From Raillietiella orientalis (lineage: Eukaryota), in NCBI GenBank assembly GCA_036172245.1, contig JAYWIR010000038.1, forward strand, positions 1,860,001 through 1,924,000: a stretch of 64,000 nucleotides of DNA, in the 5' to 3' direction. Position 1 is the stretch's first letter. Each line of letters begins with the position of its first letter. The notes under the pieces were generated by a model. The model was not told the origin of the DNA and did no database searches. It saw nothing but the letters and a program-made list of their open reading frames with translations. The position numbers were made by a program, and so were the translations under genes. This document shows positions 1 through 12,400 of the stretch, piece by piece.

Positions 1-283
1 AGCTGAGGCAGTGGAAGGGAGTGGCATCAAATGGTGCAGCTGAGGGTGATTGTGTTTTCGTTTTTCTTGGTTTTTCTGTTTGACGGGCGTGTCCGTGAAG
101 GTAAGTAGAGGAAGTGTAGAAGGAGACGTGTTGTGTGAGCGTTGCTCGAATCGTTCAGTTGAAAGTGTGTGTATGTGTGCGCGAGCGTTGTGTGTTTTGT
201 TTGTGGTTTTCGTGATTTTTGGACCGCGCACTCCCATTATGTGAGGTGAGTGCAGCTTTTGATCGTGTGCGCGTGTGTTTCAG

Positions 284-729
284 GTGCCTGGTGAAGTTTA
301 TTTATCTTGGAGAATTGAGCCTACCACTGCACAGCTACCAGGACTTTATTGAGACTGCTCGCGACCTGCAGATCAAGGGAATCGTCGACAATCCGCTGAT
401 CTCGGATTTTGACCCGAGGCTGGGTCAGCATGTTAGGCATGTTTACTCATCTGAGGGAGTCAGCCTGCAGAAGGGTGTTGGAGTGGGAGCGAGTACAGGC
501 TACGAATCGGAAAGCTGTGAAAAGCTGGACGATTACTGGGAGTGCAGGGACAGCGATGACCTGCAGTGGGAGTCTGGAGTGTGCGGCTCAGATGTACAGG
601 ACGATTCATCGTTGGACAGCATTGGGAACGTGGTGTGCAGCCTGCTGGAGGAGCTGGTGATGCAAACGGAAGTGAACATTGCTGCAAATAGTTGTGAACC
701 TTTGTCTCCCAGCACCATGGACAGCGAAG
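284..729 (+). CDS. BTB-ZF gene copy 1, coding exon 2 (C-terminal half of BTB domain); first coding exon lies upstream of the window
   Basis: Acceptor gtgtttcag|G at 283/284, donor GAAG|gtgagt at 729/730. Encodes CLVKFIYLGELSLPLHSYQDFIETARDLQIKG, matching the end of a Tramtrack-type BTB. Identical to 22495-22940. Confidence 0.85.
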
Positions 730-875
730 GTGAGTTGGAGGTGGTTTGGACACCAGGGTGGAGAGTGGTGCATGAGTGGTTGTGAGTTTTTTCTTGTGAG
801 CATGCGGTTATGGTTTTGATGTGTGGATTTGCATATTTGGAATTGTGATTCCATGGTTGTGTTTGTGTGCACCAG

Positions 876-1419
876 AGCCGCTGAGGGGATCTCGAGGAAC
901 GCGGGATCACCCTGTGAGGACATGTTCCCGCTGTCATCGTGCATTTCACAGCCGAATGCTGTATCAGTTGCATTCGTGCAAAGGGACCCACTCCCGTGCT
1001 GGGAAGAAGGCAAGCAGCCGTGGGAGGATGCGTCCTTCATTTGGTGTGTGCGACGGGCAGGTGGAGCGTCATCCTCTGGTGAAAGTGCGGCGGCTAGATG
1101 ATAGCCAGCTGTGCAATTTGGAGGAGCGGACGACCTCTCCTGGATCAGAGGAAACGTTGGATAGAGATGAAGAGAGCAGCTTCTGCTGCTTGGAGTGCAG
1201 CGAGCAGTTCTGCTCGTTGGGTGCGCTGCAGCAGCACATGAGCATTCATGCAAGGGTTCACCGCTGCAGCATTTGCGGCTGGAGCTTTGAATCGGAAGAA
1301 GGAAGACTGTTGCACGAGAATGAGCACAATGCGTCGCCGTTGCTGTGCGAATTGTGCGGGAAGGGGATGAGAGCACGGGAAGCATACATGCTGCACTACC
1401 GCCTGCATTCTGTGGACAG
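876..1419 (+). CDS. BTB-ZF gene copy 1, coding exon 3 (C2H2 zinc fingers)
   Basis: Acceptor caccag|AG, donor GACAG|gtgagt. Contains three C2H2 fingers (CLECSEQF..HMSIH, CSICGWSF..HENEH, CELCGKGM..HYRLH) plus an atypical CSRC..HSC finger. Phase consistent with neighbours. Confidence 0.85.
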
Positions 1420-1469
1420 GTGAGTGTTGGGTTTGCAGACGTTTTGGGTGCATTTCAGTGGTTGTTCAG

Positions 1470-1797
1470 GGAAGAGAGCGCGTTTTCTCTTCCGTCGCTG
1501 CTTGCCCGAAACAGCAGTTTCGGTGGTGTTGGCAGCAGCAATTCTTCTCAGGTGGGCAAGTCTCACAGGTTGCTGATGTCTGCACGTGCGAGGCTGAAGC
1601 ACAAGAGGCGAGGGAGGCCGCCGAACGGTGCGCATCGCGTGTCGGTGGTGGAGGTGAAGAGCACGCCCGTGAAGAGAATGTCTCTGGACAAGAACCAAGT
1701 GCGTCGACTGAACGAGACGATGGAGGAAGTTCTGGAGGACATGTGCAGTTGGTTTGCTGAAGATGGTTTGGTTACCAGCGATGAGGAGTACTTGTGA
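1470..1797 (+). CDS. BTB-ZF gene copy 1, last coding exon (AT-hook-like KRRGRPP, acidic tail)
   Basis: Acceptor gttgttcag|G after a 50-nt intron restores frame REESAFSL...DEEYL*; stop TGA at 1795-1797. Confidence 0.7.
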
Positions 1798-1849
1798 TGG
1801 AGCTCCAGCAGCTGCCAGTTGGTCGCATGGCGCGGAGACTCTTTGGGGA

Positions 1850-3800
1850 GGAACGGACGTCGTTGTGCGTCGTTTTGGGTGAAGTCGCCGTTTCCTCGAG
1901 ATGGGAGGTGTGCTGGAAGAAATCCGGAACTTCCCCCTGGAGCCATGACGTGTTGCAGGGAGGGAGGGTGCGTCTGGAAAGCTGGGAAGCGATCTCGAAT
2001 ACAGACCTGAATTTGTTTGCCGTGTCTGCGTTTGTTTTCGGACGATGTGCTTGTTATGGGAATGAGGAGGAGAGCTGGAAGGTTTCGATGGTGGGGGGGG
2101 GGGTGAATGGAGGGGATTACGTAGGTGTGAGGGGTGGACAGGTTGGTGTTTGGTCTTCGTCACGGGCGACGTACGCTTGTTTGGCAGGGAGAGATGTTTA
2201 GGGAAGGCCTGGTGTTCCGGTGCTGGCCCGTGAGCGTCCGGTGTTGGTGGTGTGCCAGATGGAGTCTCACAGCTGGTGATAGGTGTCTGTGTTGGTTGTT
2301 TTCGGTGTTCATGCAGTGTGGAATGGTTTGAAAGTGTTTGGGAGGAGGAGACGAGAGGAGGGCAAGATGAGTTGCTTGTAGCAGCACCATGCGTGTGCTA
2401 GTGCTGCTGGTTTCTTGGTGTTTGGGATCGTTGGCTGGAGGGCAGAATGGTGCAGGTGCGTGGTTGCTTTCAGCGGAAGCAGTTGTGTCGGTGGTGGTTT
2501 GAGGACGTCGAGGTTGGGTGCTGCTGTTGTGGCTGATTCGTTCGGACGGAGGGTCGCGAGGACGAATTGGTGTGTGTGGAAGCACCCAGTGGTCAGGTGC
2601 CGCGAATGCATTCGTAATTCGTTGGGATGCGGAAGGTGCGGATGAGGTGGAGTTGGCAGAGATGGGACTGTTAGTGGCACTGCCGTGTTGTGGATAGGTG
2701 GATGAAGGGTGCGCATGTTGTTTTGTTTGCTTGCAGTGTTTCGGGGCTGGATGCAGGTGCATGGATGGGAGCGTTTTTCCTGTTTTCGGGAGGGTGGTGT
2801 ACGTGGAGGTGTACGCAGGGGTGGTGCACGTTTCGTGTGCGACGTGTCCGTCCCGCTTGGGAAGCGGGCTGTGTGGATTGCGTGTTGATGGAAATTCAGG
2901 TGGAAGGAATGGAGGGTGTTTCCGTTCGGGATGTTTTGTTTCGTTGGCGTGTGTGTTTGTGGAGCGTGCCAATATTCGGGAGGTTGGTGTGAAAGGGTGC
3001 AAGGGTTGAGAGGAACGGGAGAAGAATGGAAAGAAGAAGATGTGTGAGTGTGGTCTGCACGGGGTAGGACGCACTGTGTTGGACCCAGCGCGGAGGATGG
3101 GTGTAGGAATTGTGTTGGAATCGCTGGTGGATGAATGGGTTGCAGACAGCAGCACTCTTTGTGGAGGTCGTGCCGGAGTTTTTAGGGGAGGAAGGGGTGA
3201 ATTGGTTTGGCTGGTGTAGGTCTTGCGTGTGTGGGGTGCTGTGTGTTTGGGATGCTGAGGTTTGGTGTTGCATTTGGAAGCGGTGGCGGAGGTACGGCGG
3301 GCTTCGTGGCTGATGACTGTCGCGGGAAGGTTTCTCAGAGAAGGGTTGTCGGGCGACGGTGGCGCGGCGGTGGGATTGAGCGCGATGTGTTCGGATGGTG
3401 GGAAAAGCTGAATCTGTTGTATGGAGTTGTTGTTTCAGTTTCGGAATACGGTCCACGGGTGGAGTGGGTTCGTCTCGGGAGGAGGTTTGCTGGGGTACTC
3501 CTGAAAGGAGGCCTCGCTGGCGTGGAGGTTACACGATCGTGAGAGGATGATGTCTTGGGATGGCGTGTTGGATCCGTGCATGGAGAGGAGAGTTTGAAGG
3601 ATTTGTCGTCGTCGTCGCCGCGTTGGTCTCGCGCGTGGCTGCTGCTGCGTTTGCGTCTCGGGGCTGTCCCGGAAATGGTGTGTGGGTGGTTGGATGCTGT
3701 ATGTGCGGTGATTGCTAGGTAACGGGTTGATGGGAGGCTGGTTGTACTGTGTGCATGTAGGGGGGGAGAGAACCCTGGGAAAGCTGGTTGATTTGGGTGA
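1850..3800 (-). mobile_element. Heavily eroded non-LTR retrotransposon (RT + CCHC, probably NeSL/Utopia-like)
   Basis: Minus-strand motif ghosts in the expected order: PTPILRAGSN..CRPHSHIFF (~PIRAGVKQGCPLSPILF), RILARST (~ILAYADD), FPSTRNP (~FNPRKC), HFQTIPHC..QHRH (~ETLPHVLNHC..RHN). Very degenerate. Duplicated at ~24060-26010. Confidence 0.4.
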
Positions 3801-4299
3801 CTCATCGGGATACGTGGAAGTGGGTCGTCATCGGGTGCTATCGGTAGGTTCAGTTTTTTTTGCTTATCCTTTTTTAGGAGGGAAAAGATGTTCTGGCTCC
3901 CCTTGTACGTTTAGGGAAGTGTGTGTGGCTGTTGAGCGCGTGTGCTGGAAGGCGTGTTGCGGTGAAGGAATTCCGGTGTGGGCTGCATGCGGTAGTGAAG
4001 CAGTGGTGAAGGAGCTGAGAATGTTAAGGAGAATGTGGAAGGAATGGGTGGTGGTGCGTGATTGGCGCTGATGTTGCGTCGTCTTAGTTGTGGCTGTGAG
4101 TGTTTGGTGGTTGTGCATCTCCAGGTGTGTGCATGTTTTGCCCGTTGGTGCGTGCGTTTTGCGGTTGTTGAATGTTTGGCGTTGTCGAGAATGGTGTGTT
4201 TCGTGTTTGTGTGTCGTTGTGAGTGTCTGCGGGAGATGTTTGGGCTGGGAGCGGTGTATGGTTGCAGTGTGGGAGTTGTGTTCATCTTGGTGATAAGGT

Positions 4300-5320
4300 G
4301 TAGGAGTTGCACTGATGACGGAAGTACGTTGACGTTGGTTTCGCCACGGATGTCTTTGAGGGTGTTTTGGAGTTGCGACGGTCCTTTTGAGAGTGGCACT
4401 GATGGTGTTGCGGCTTGCTGGTGTGGGAGGAGACGGTGGTGGCTGTTCGAAAGTGGATTGTATTGGGGTGTGACGGCGGTGGTTGATTGTGCTGTGAGGA
4501 AAAGGTGTGTGTTGTTGGTCGGGATGTGGATGGATGGTGGTGAGTGTGGTACACGTGTGGTGGTACGTTACTGGATATGTTGGATTTGTGAGCGGGCACG
4601 GTCGCGCGGTGTTTGGACGAAAGGGAAGGATTGAGTGTTTGACAGGCGAATTGAATGGAGTGGTGGCGGCTGTGTACAAAGGCGTACGGTTCGTTTGTGC
4701 GTGTGGTTTTCTGTGTTTATCCTTGGCGTGGGGCTGGAAGAGGGTTTGCGTGTTGAGGAAACGTGTGTGGTTGTGCTGGTGAGCTTTGAGAGTGAGACGG
4801 TGGATGTGGTGAAATGGAGTAGTGAGAGCAGTTCGTTGGTGCCCTACCGCTTCAGAAGAGGGTGTGGGGTGCCCTGTGGATGGGTGCAACCCGAACGAGA
4901 GTAGAATTCGAGGATTCGTGTGAAGAAAAGAGTGTGATAAGCTGAAAAAGGTGATGCTGATCATGGTCCGTGAAAATGAAAAGTTGGGGATTATGTCCAT
5001 ATGAATCACCTGGAAATGTGCACGTGTTTACACTTGCAGTTCCATCGCAGTTGTTGCTGCATCGTTTGTTTTCGTTTTTGAGCATTTTTCAATTAGGCAG
5101 TGAATTTTTTATCCCAAGATTGAACCACAGTTTTCGTTTCAAGGTTACTGATCGTGATTGAGAGTACGTTCTTCAGATGGTTTGCTCCTGGAAATCGAAT
5201 AAGTTGTGGTCGGAAAAGAAGATTGCTGTTTTCAATTGTGTAGATATTTTCTCCAAACTCCGAAACTCCCTGTCGGTCTACTCTGGAACTTGAGCCGCCA
5301 AGAAAAAGTATCATGCATTG
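4300..5320 (+). mobile_element. Degenerate piggyBac transposase remnant
   Basis: Ordered motif ghosts: PRMSLRVF (~MSRNRF), VTGYV (~TGYV), RRTVR (~GTVR), KCARVYTCS, LLHRLFSFL (~WYHRLFF), LNHSFRFK, PVGL..KKYHA (~VGLC..CFKKYH). Many stops and frameshifts. A homologous stretch starts at ~26510. Confidence 0.5.
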
Positions 5321-6049
5321 GTGACTGATTTGTGCAACTGCTGCACTTCAGTTTCTTGCACCAGCTAAGTTGAGCGTTTCCAGTTGAGAAATGTGATGTA
5401 AGCTTTTGATGGTTTGACCAAGTTTTCAATATTTATTTACTGAATTGATTTTAAGCAATCAATAGTTTGACATTCATGTATGATACAGGATTTAGTCCAT
5501 AGAGTCCAGTCATTCGTTTAAGTTTGTTAATGGATATTGGTTGATGAGTAGTTGATATCTACAGAGGTAAAGTGCTGTGTTACTCTCTTAAGTGTTTTTA
5601 ACCGAGGAAATCCAGATAACATCATTTCAGATACAGCAGTTATTTTACTTTAGAATTCCTGAAATGATTTTCAGTATGCGGAACGGAAACTGTGCAACTT
5701 CGTTGAAAAACTTCTTTTATCTGGAAAAACAGCCCGGTCACTTATCATAAAATGTCTGAGAACTGACCATCGCCCTTTTACATGCCCACCTGCTATGGCT
5801 GTATGCGCTGGAAAGGATCGTCTTGTTAGGGCAGAGTTGCATATGAATCAGTGATTTTCTGTTCATTCTGTTTCTAGAATGAGGATAATTGTTTTCAAGT
5901 GTTCTCTTAGCACAACTCTTACAAAGAAGTCCTGAATTGACAAGCTGGGTCAAGGGAGGGAAGAAGAGGGATACATGGTCGTCACGAGGTGGCATGTTAC
6001 CTAAACAAGAGGGTGCGCGTGATATGGTGCTCTTTCATAGTGTTGGCGC

Positions 6050-6880
6050 GAACGTGCGCAAACGACCTCCTCTTCTGCGAGATCCAGAAATTCATGGACT
6101 ACTAAAAGAGTACATCACTGACAGTTACGGTGTCTGTCAAGCACCTCACAATTTGCCGCTCAGCTATTGCTCTTCACGCCATCATCATGCTCGGGGGCGA
6201 GAGGGAATTTCTGGCGTCCCGTAGGGATTTTCTGTCATCACGTTCGTTTTTTTTCCTGCTAGTTCACATCCTGTGCACGGTGCTATGAAGTTTCGTCACT
6301 AAGAAGGAACTAGTCAGAACCATTCGAGTACAAGTGCTTTAAGTCTTTCAACGACCACTAATTGTCCGAAGTTGCAACCCGTTTTGCCTGTTGAGGCGCA
6401 AATGCAGTCCGCTTTGCGAGGAAGTCTGAGTGTGGCTTCTTCGTAGAGTATCACAAATTCCAAAAGAATTGCATTCTTGCTTGGTAGCGGACGAAGTGGT
6501 ATGCGTCCTGTTTTGCGCCAACTCCCACCATGTGATCAGGAGCGGAGCTGACGAACGGCTTGCTCAACTCTTCTCATCAGTTTCCAGATGACAGATTTTG
6601 CTGGTGCGCCGCTGCGTTCGAACGGTGTGCAGAGAGAGCATGGCTGTTCTTTGCTAAAAAAAAAAGATTTCTTTTGCAAGTAGGGTTCCAGCGCACCTGA
6701 AAGATTCATGTCTGTGTGCTGCAGCATACCATTGCTCATGACTCCTGCCGTGCACAGACGGTCAGGTAGTTGAAGTTCAGGGTCTCCAGAATTCTCCCTC
6801 AACAGAGCCGCCAAACATGAAATTTCTCTGATATGAAGATTTTGATTTGCTGATTTTTCCGATTTACCAGTGTTCACTTT
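6050..6880 (-). mobile_element. Degenerate hAT-like transposase remnant
   Basis: Minus-strand ghosts KQDAYHFVRY (~EQLSICVRY), ILLEFV and HSTVHRM..ELA (~HC.AHRLELA), in the correct order. Confidence 0.35.
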
Positions 6881-9199
6881 TTCAGTGCTTTCTATACAAA
6901 ATGATTATTCCATTGATGTGAACGAACATCTATATATTGGTTATAAATAAATAAGCATTGCATACAAAGAAAGAAGAGTATTTTACATGTTATTTATCGC
7001 GATATATTTATTAGTTCCTCATTTAAGCATTACTTGAATACTGTTGTCTCAATCATCAGTTCTTGTGTTGGTAAGTGCTGATCGCCTCTGTTGCTGTTGC
7101 ATTTTTGGTTCCAACTCCCATGCAACGCAAAGCGATGAAATGATTTGTTTTAAAGATTCAGGTCCTGGATGCCAATACGTTTAGAATGTGGTGAAGGTCA
7201 ACCCTATCGTCATCTTTGGGTTTTCCGTCAGGTTGTTAGGCACTACATGCTTTCGTTTCTTTGTTCCATTGCAGTATTTTTTTCTTCCAGTATCTTGCTG
7301 AAAACTTGTTACCTGCATGGCATCAATGAAGTACATCTGTTTTGAAGATCGCATCCTTCTGGTTCCCCCCCCCCCCCCCCCCTACTTGCTAACCAAATAT
7401 GAGGTGTTCTGAAAAGCATACAGCAAGGACATTCCAGTTCTGTGAAGGCTTTTGCCTACGGATGAGTGGCTCGGTTACAAGTACAAGTAGTGCTTGTACC
7501 AAATCGTGCTGATGGATTGAACACTGTGTTTCTCATGTGTTGCCATGCGAGCCATGCACACTACAGTATATAAGGGAAAGGTGTGCAGTGCCAGAGGAGA
7601 CCTTTCAGCAAGAATATCTTGGCTAACCTGCTAACTCATGCGCACCACAAGGCTGATACCATCAAAGATGTATGGAGAAGGTGTTCATGTTCACGTTCAC
7701 ATAGTTGACTGAAGTTCCAAATTCTTTTCGTGCCAACTAAACAAGAATTAAAGTGATTCCCTTTCAGAGACTCCGTTTCCATCGTCATCGTATTTCAGGA
7801 TGTGAGTGCTCTAAATTTTATCAAAGCAGAATCTAGAGTGCACAAGCGTGAAAGAGGGCAGAAGGCACAATATGAAGTATGAGGACGTGAATAATGACGA
7901 CGGTGGAGCCCCCGAGACTCAGCAATCCCAGAATTGATTCCTGATTGGGCTTGCATAATGCTGAGATGATGCAGACTGCTGGCATATGTTGCCATGGTCT
8001 CTTTTGCAAGGGTGCACTGAGAGTTAATGGGAATGATAGCACTCACCACCTCCTAGTACTCTGAAACCATGGTGAAAGTCTGGTTCCATCCAGATCTCTG
8101 CTGATTGCATGAGCTTCAGGAGAACAGATGTGAAATCTGAAAATTTCTCTGGCTGGAGACGATTCTCAAGGGATGGAAACAAGTGGAGTCCTGTCATGCT
8201 GTCAGGATGAGAGAGTGTCCCTTCACAACCTATACAAAATGCTTGCTGAAGTGATCTAGTCATGCACGCAGTTCAGCAGTTCTGTTTCCTTATTCTTGTT
8301 CCCTGCTGGAAGCAAACAGAAGCTCCCACATCATGAGAGCAGCCTGCTCCTCCATCTGCCTTTCTGTATGTTTGGATACACCGAATGGAGTATCCAAAGC
8401 AGATGCAATGAATGGATTGCTACTGCCCAGATTAATCTTGGTTTGCATGAGGACTCCCTTCATGTCAGAGCTCTCAAAGATGTTTTTTTTTCCCACAAGG
8501 AGTTTTCCCAGGTTCCAAAGGGCACACTGGAACTGTAAACTGCATTTCTAACCGGAGGAACTCTTCGGCTGGTGACCATCGCGGAGACTTTGCCAGAGCT
8601 GCTGGACTCAGCCGGAGATTCAGCCGACTAATCCGCCCTCTGGTGGATGCTCCGAGGATTTGTCCTGTTTCCTCATTTCCGTGTGCGTGACCTGCCTTTT
8701 CCGACATTTCAGTTCGGGAGCTGATGAGACATACCTTGGCTGTGGTTCGCACGATGGAGGATGGAGGCAGTCTCACGCGGTTCCTGTGGGTCCATAGTTG
8801 ACCCATCTCCTGTTGCCCCCCACGCCTGGAATGCTGAAATTTCCTCTGGAGAAGTAAGGCGGATACCAGGACTTTCCGAGAATTCCTTCAGCATAGCGTG
8901 AACGGACGAGTCCACAGTGGTAGAGAGAGGGAGAGAGAGAAAACGGCTATCTCCTATATCCCTGTGGATCCTTCGCTCGGGATCGAATCGCGTGTGGCAT
9001 CTGGGAGATGCTGCGGGCGGGGGACGCGGAGGGGAAAAAGCAATACTGACCTCAGGTCTCTCCAGATTGAAACGAAGCCCTCGGATTTTCCTTTTCCGAC
9101 TTCTCTGGCTTCACTCTTCCCTGGACCCTCTCAAGGGAGTGCAACAGTGAGCACTTTTCCATGCTCCACAGGATGTTCATCTCTCAGCAGGAAGAAAAA

Positions 9200-12100
9200 G
9201 AGGACACCTTGAGTCTGGAAAGCCCCACAAATCCAAAGGACACGGGAGATCAACTTCCTGCGTCCTTCCCTACCATTTACCAAGCGGAATCTCTCTCCAA
9301 TCGGAGGAGGAGTTAGGAGCATCGGGTGTTTCTGAAATCCTGGGAGAAAAGGAACAACACCGAGCTTTTCAGGATCTCCATCGGTGCAGATCAGAAGGGA
9401 GTGATTCAGCCTGCTGCTTAGCGACGCCGTCGGTACCCGTTAGGACTCAGGGAAGGTCCCAGTGGCTCGAGGAAGCGGCTCTCTTCGGCAGCCTTTCCGA
9501 AGTGCTCCATCAACTCATCCCAGGAACTAGTGGCGCCCCTCCTCTTGCTCTTTTTCCTGGATCAGGGGTTTTTCCATCTCCAGGAGCTTTACTCGGGAAG
9601 GCTCCACTTGCTGAGATTTCCGGTGTTTGTAAGACTCAACCTCTTCATTCAGGTGGACTGTCCTCCTTGGTCGCGCTACCCAAGAAGTCTTTTCTGTAGG
9701 AGAGTCCCTGGCTCCGTGGGCCATGATGTACAGGCCGGGAGCACCTTTCTCTGCTTTTTCTGTTGTGAAGCGTGGAAGGCATTCGTAGGTTTGGAAGTTT
9801 GGCAGACGTTCCACCGTCTTGCGTATGCCAAGCGCTCCAGGGATGAGGCTCCTGAAATCATTCTTTTCTTCCCCTCCGTTTCCTCCGTAGCGACTGTCCT
9901 CGATGTAAAAGCGCATTTCGTGATTTCTTTTGGAAAGCTGTCTCACGAATCGAAGGGCAAAAAGGAGGGTGCCAAAAATGCGTAGAAGAGCGAGCAGCCC
10001 AAGCAGAAGACGAACCAAGAGAAGAACGGGATGATGAACTAGGGCAGCGAAAGCACAGACGAGGGAGAACAATGGAGAAAACAAGCAACCTGAGAGTTCC
10101 CCAACGCTTGCTCTCGATTGTTTTCTTCGGCCATACAATTCCTACCTCAGGGAGTTATAGGAGCAGCATGCCGGGTGCTACCAGGTGTGGTGTGTGCATG
10201 AAGTTAACCTAGTGGAAAGTGCGCGTGCAGAGGGCGCGTGATGACTCCTAAGTTTTGGGAGCTCCGTCCTGAAGTGTGACCGACCTTCACGAAAGGGCGC
10301 GCCCGAGGGCGCAGGTCCATCTTTGTTGAGGGATGCTAGGGATGGTCTCCTTGGAAACCAAGCATCAAACCGCGCTGAATTCGCGCGGGATTGTGCGATG
10401 CAAAACTCGAACGGAAGATGGCGGAGTTAGCGGTAGGGTGGCGAATTCAGGCTTTTCAGCCGACTCCTCCCATCTGGACGGGAGACCCGCACCTCCTGGG
10501 AAGGGAATCCTCGCATTCTTTCACGTGGAGTAATACTCTCATATCACGCGGAGTGTGTGCTGTGCCACACTAGCAGCATGTTCCGTGGTGCTCCCCGGAC
10601 TCCGCTTCGTGTTTGTCCGTTCCTGGGAATGAAAGTACAGCAGAGCAGAAAAAGGAGAGGGGAGAGCGTTTCCAGGTCGAATCTCGAGGTCAGTCCGAAT
10701 CTATGGCGGGGGCTGAAGTGCAGGTTCAGCAGCACCCCGGGCTGACTGACAAGACAACGAAATGCTTCTTCCAGTGGCCGCTACCACTTTCGTGACCTCC
10801 GACAAACACCAGTGCTGATCCTGGAATGCCAGCGAAACCATGAGGAAGTCATCTGTTGGGGGATCAGCTGCTCTTTTCTTCTGGAGAGAGCAAGGTCTCC
10901 TACAAACTTGGAAGTGGTCTTCTGAGCTTTCGATGAGCTGTAGCGCCGATGTGAGAGAGGGGGCTGGTCAGGACAGGGCTACGACGATTCGTGAGATTGC
11001 AAGACCAACTCCTCTGTCGGTGTCATGCGGACTCGGGGAGGGCTCCGTTCGTTTAATCTGGAGGCTCTTGACACACGCTGCTTCTCAAACCAACCCTTCT
11101 CTTCATCATTCAGGTTTCGAAGACAAGGAGGGAATGCTGCAAAACATTAGTATCCCTGTTTGGAAAGAAGGATTCAGTCTTTCATTGGAATGGTGTGGTC
11201 TGCTTACCTCGTAATCCATACTCGCTTTGACGAAAACTTGCGTCGCTCCTGGAGAGCTCAGAGAACGCATCAGGTGGACCTGCTGCCGAGCCGCGTGCAT
11301 GCATGTGGTTTGCCACCATAGATAGTCATCAGCCCGGAAGATGGAAAATAACCTGAGAGATCTCAGAAAAGAAGAAGCTGTTGGGATGTCGGACGGCGCG
11401 TCATCTGGTGCAGCACCCTTCGCCCTTCTCAAAGGGCTTCTCCTCTGGGCAGATCGCCTTGAAATCCCGTTGGCAGTCGTAAAACACCGCCTGTGGTGTT
11501 TTACGACAGCTCCGTGCTTCCTCTAAAGTGGCAGGACTTGGCGTTGCGGTTACTGCATGGGACCATCTCATGCAAATGCGCGCCTCCGCCACTGGACCAG
11601 GGGAAGCGCGGGTCCTCGAGCGCGATAGGTGAGGCGGAAGAGAAACCTTGCCACACACCTGCTTTTCCATTGCTTTGCTTTCCGATGTGTGTGGGGACAT
11701 TTGAACACGTTCCTGAACTTTCTAGAGGACCACACGAGGGTAACGCCTCATTCAGAACGCCTCATCCTCTGGAGGGATGTCTCCTGCCGCGGAGATCTCA
11801 GTTTTGGCTGCGTCCACGGATTCGTGGCAGCTAACATCCCCTACGACAGAGCCTTCCTTTTGATTTCCCTGAGAGGAACTCTTCAGGCGACTGTTCTGAG
11901 CAAAGAACTCATCCGGAACTCCTCCATTACAGAAAGACTGGAAGATTTATTGATAAAAGATGTATCTTTTACAATAAGCACCCCGGCGTGGTCCAGTAAG
12001 GAAATCCACGTGGTTTGTATTCTGGCGAGGCAAGTGCTAAGAAACAGCAGTCAAAGCGTAGCTTACGGCTGGTAGGAAATCGGACAATAGTGCTGGACAT

Positions 12101-12400
12101 CTGCTGCCCGTTCGAGGGTGGAAGAGAGGCGTTCAACACAGCTAGGAGGAAAAAACAGAAAAACTATAAGGAAGTAGCCCTCCAGCTAAGCAGAGGAGGG
12201 AGAGAACAATGCAGAGTGCATGCTCTCCTCATAGGCTCTCTGGGAGCCTAGGATCCAGGTAACGAATAAGTGCTCCAGGGTCTTGAAATTCCTAAGAAGC
12301 ACTCGGAGAAGATGAGAAATCACCGGATGGTGTCTTCGTGCATCTGGTACTCCAGCGACATCTATGCAGTCCACGTCACACGAGGGACCGACTGCCACAT
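9200..12400 (+). mobile_element. Degenerate Utopia/NeSL-clade non-LTR retrotransposon (RT + CCHC + restriction-like endonuclease)
   Basis: C-terminus is clear: TIVLDICCPFEGGREAFNTARRKKQKNY..VHALLIGSLGA*DPGNE*VLQGLEI...RMVSSCIWYSSDIYAVHVT, matching the NeSL/Utopia RLE tail (DVTVPFE..ARARK..VGALGAWDP.NE..SRDIY.EH). CCHC ghost at ~11680-11760; weaker RT ghosts at 9240-9850. Confidence 0.7.

Larger units (their letters stand above)
1..4884. repeat. Segmental duplication, copy A (left end outside window)
   Basis: Direct match to 22212-27096. Differences seen: 1470 G/A, G-run 11 vs 12 at ~2093, 2491 G/T, 3487 T/G, 3685 G/T, 4862 G/C. Confidence 0.97.

Noticed and set aside
2160..5009. Long His/Thr/Pro-rich minus-strand ORFs (331, 381 aa; also 24372-27239)
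   Set aside because: By-products of the G+T skew, which removes stop codons on the minus strand; only decayed TE motifs are visible.
7795..8915. Cluster of short minus-strand ORFs as host exons
   Set aside because: No domain recognised and no consistent splice chain; probably TE debris, left uncalled.
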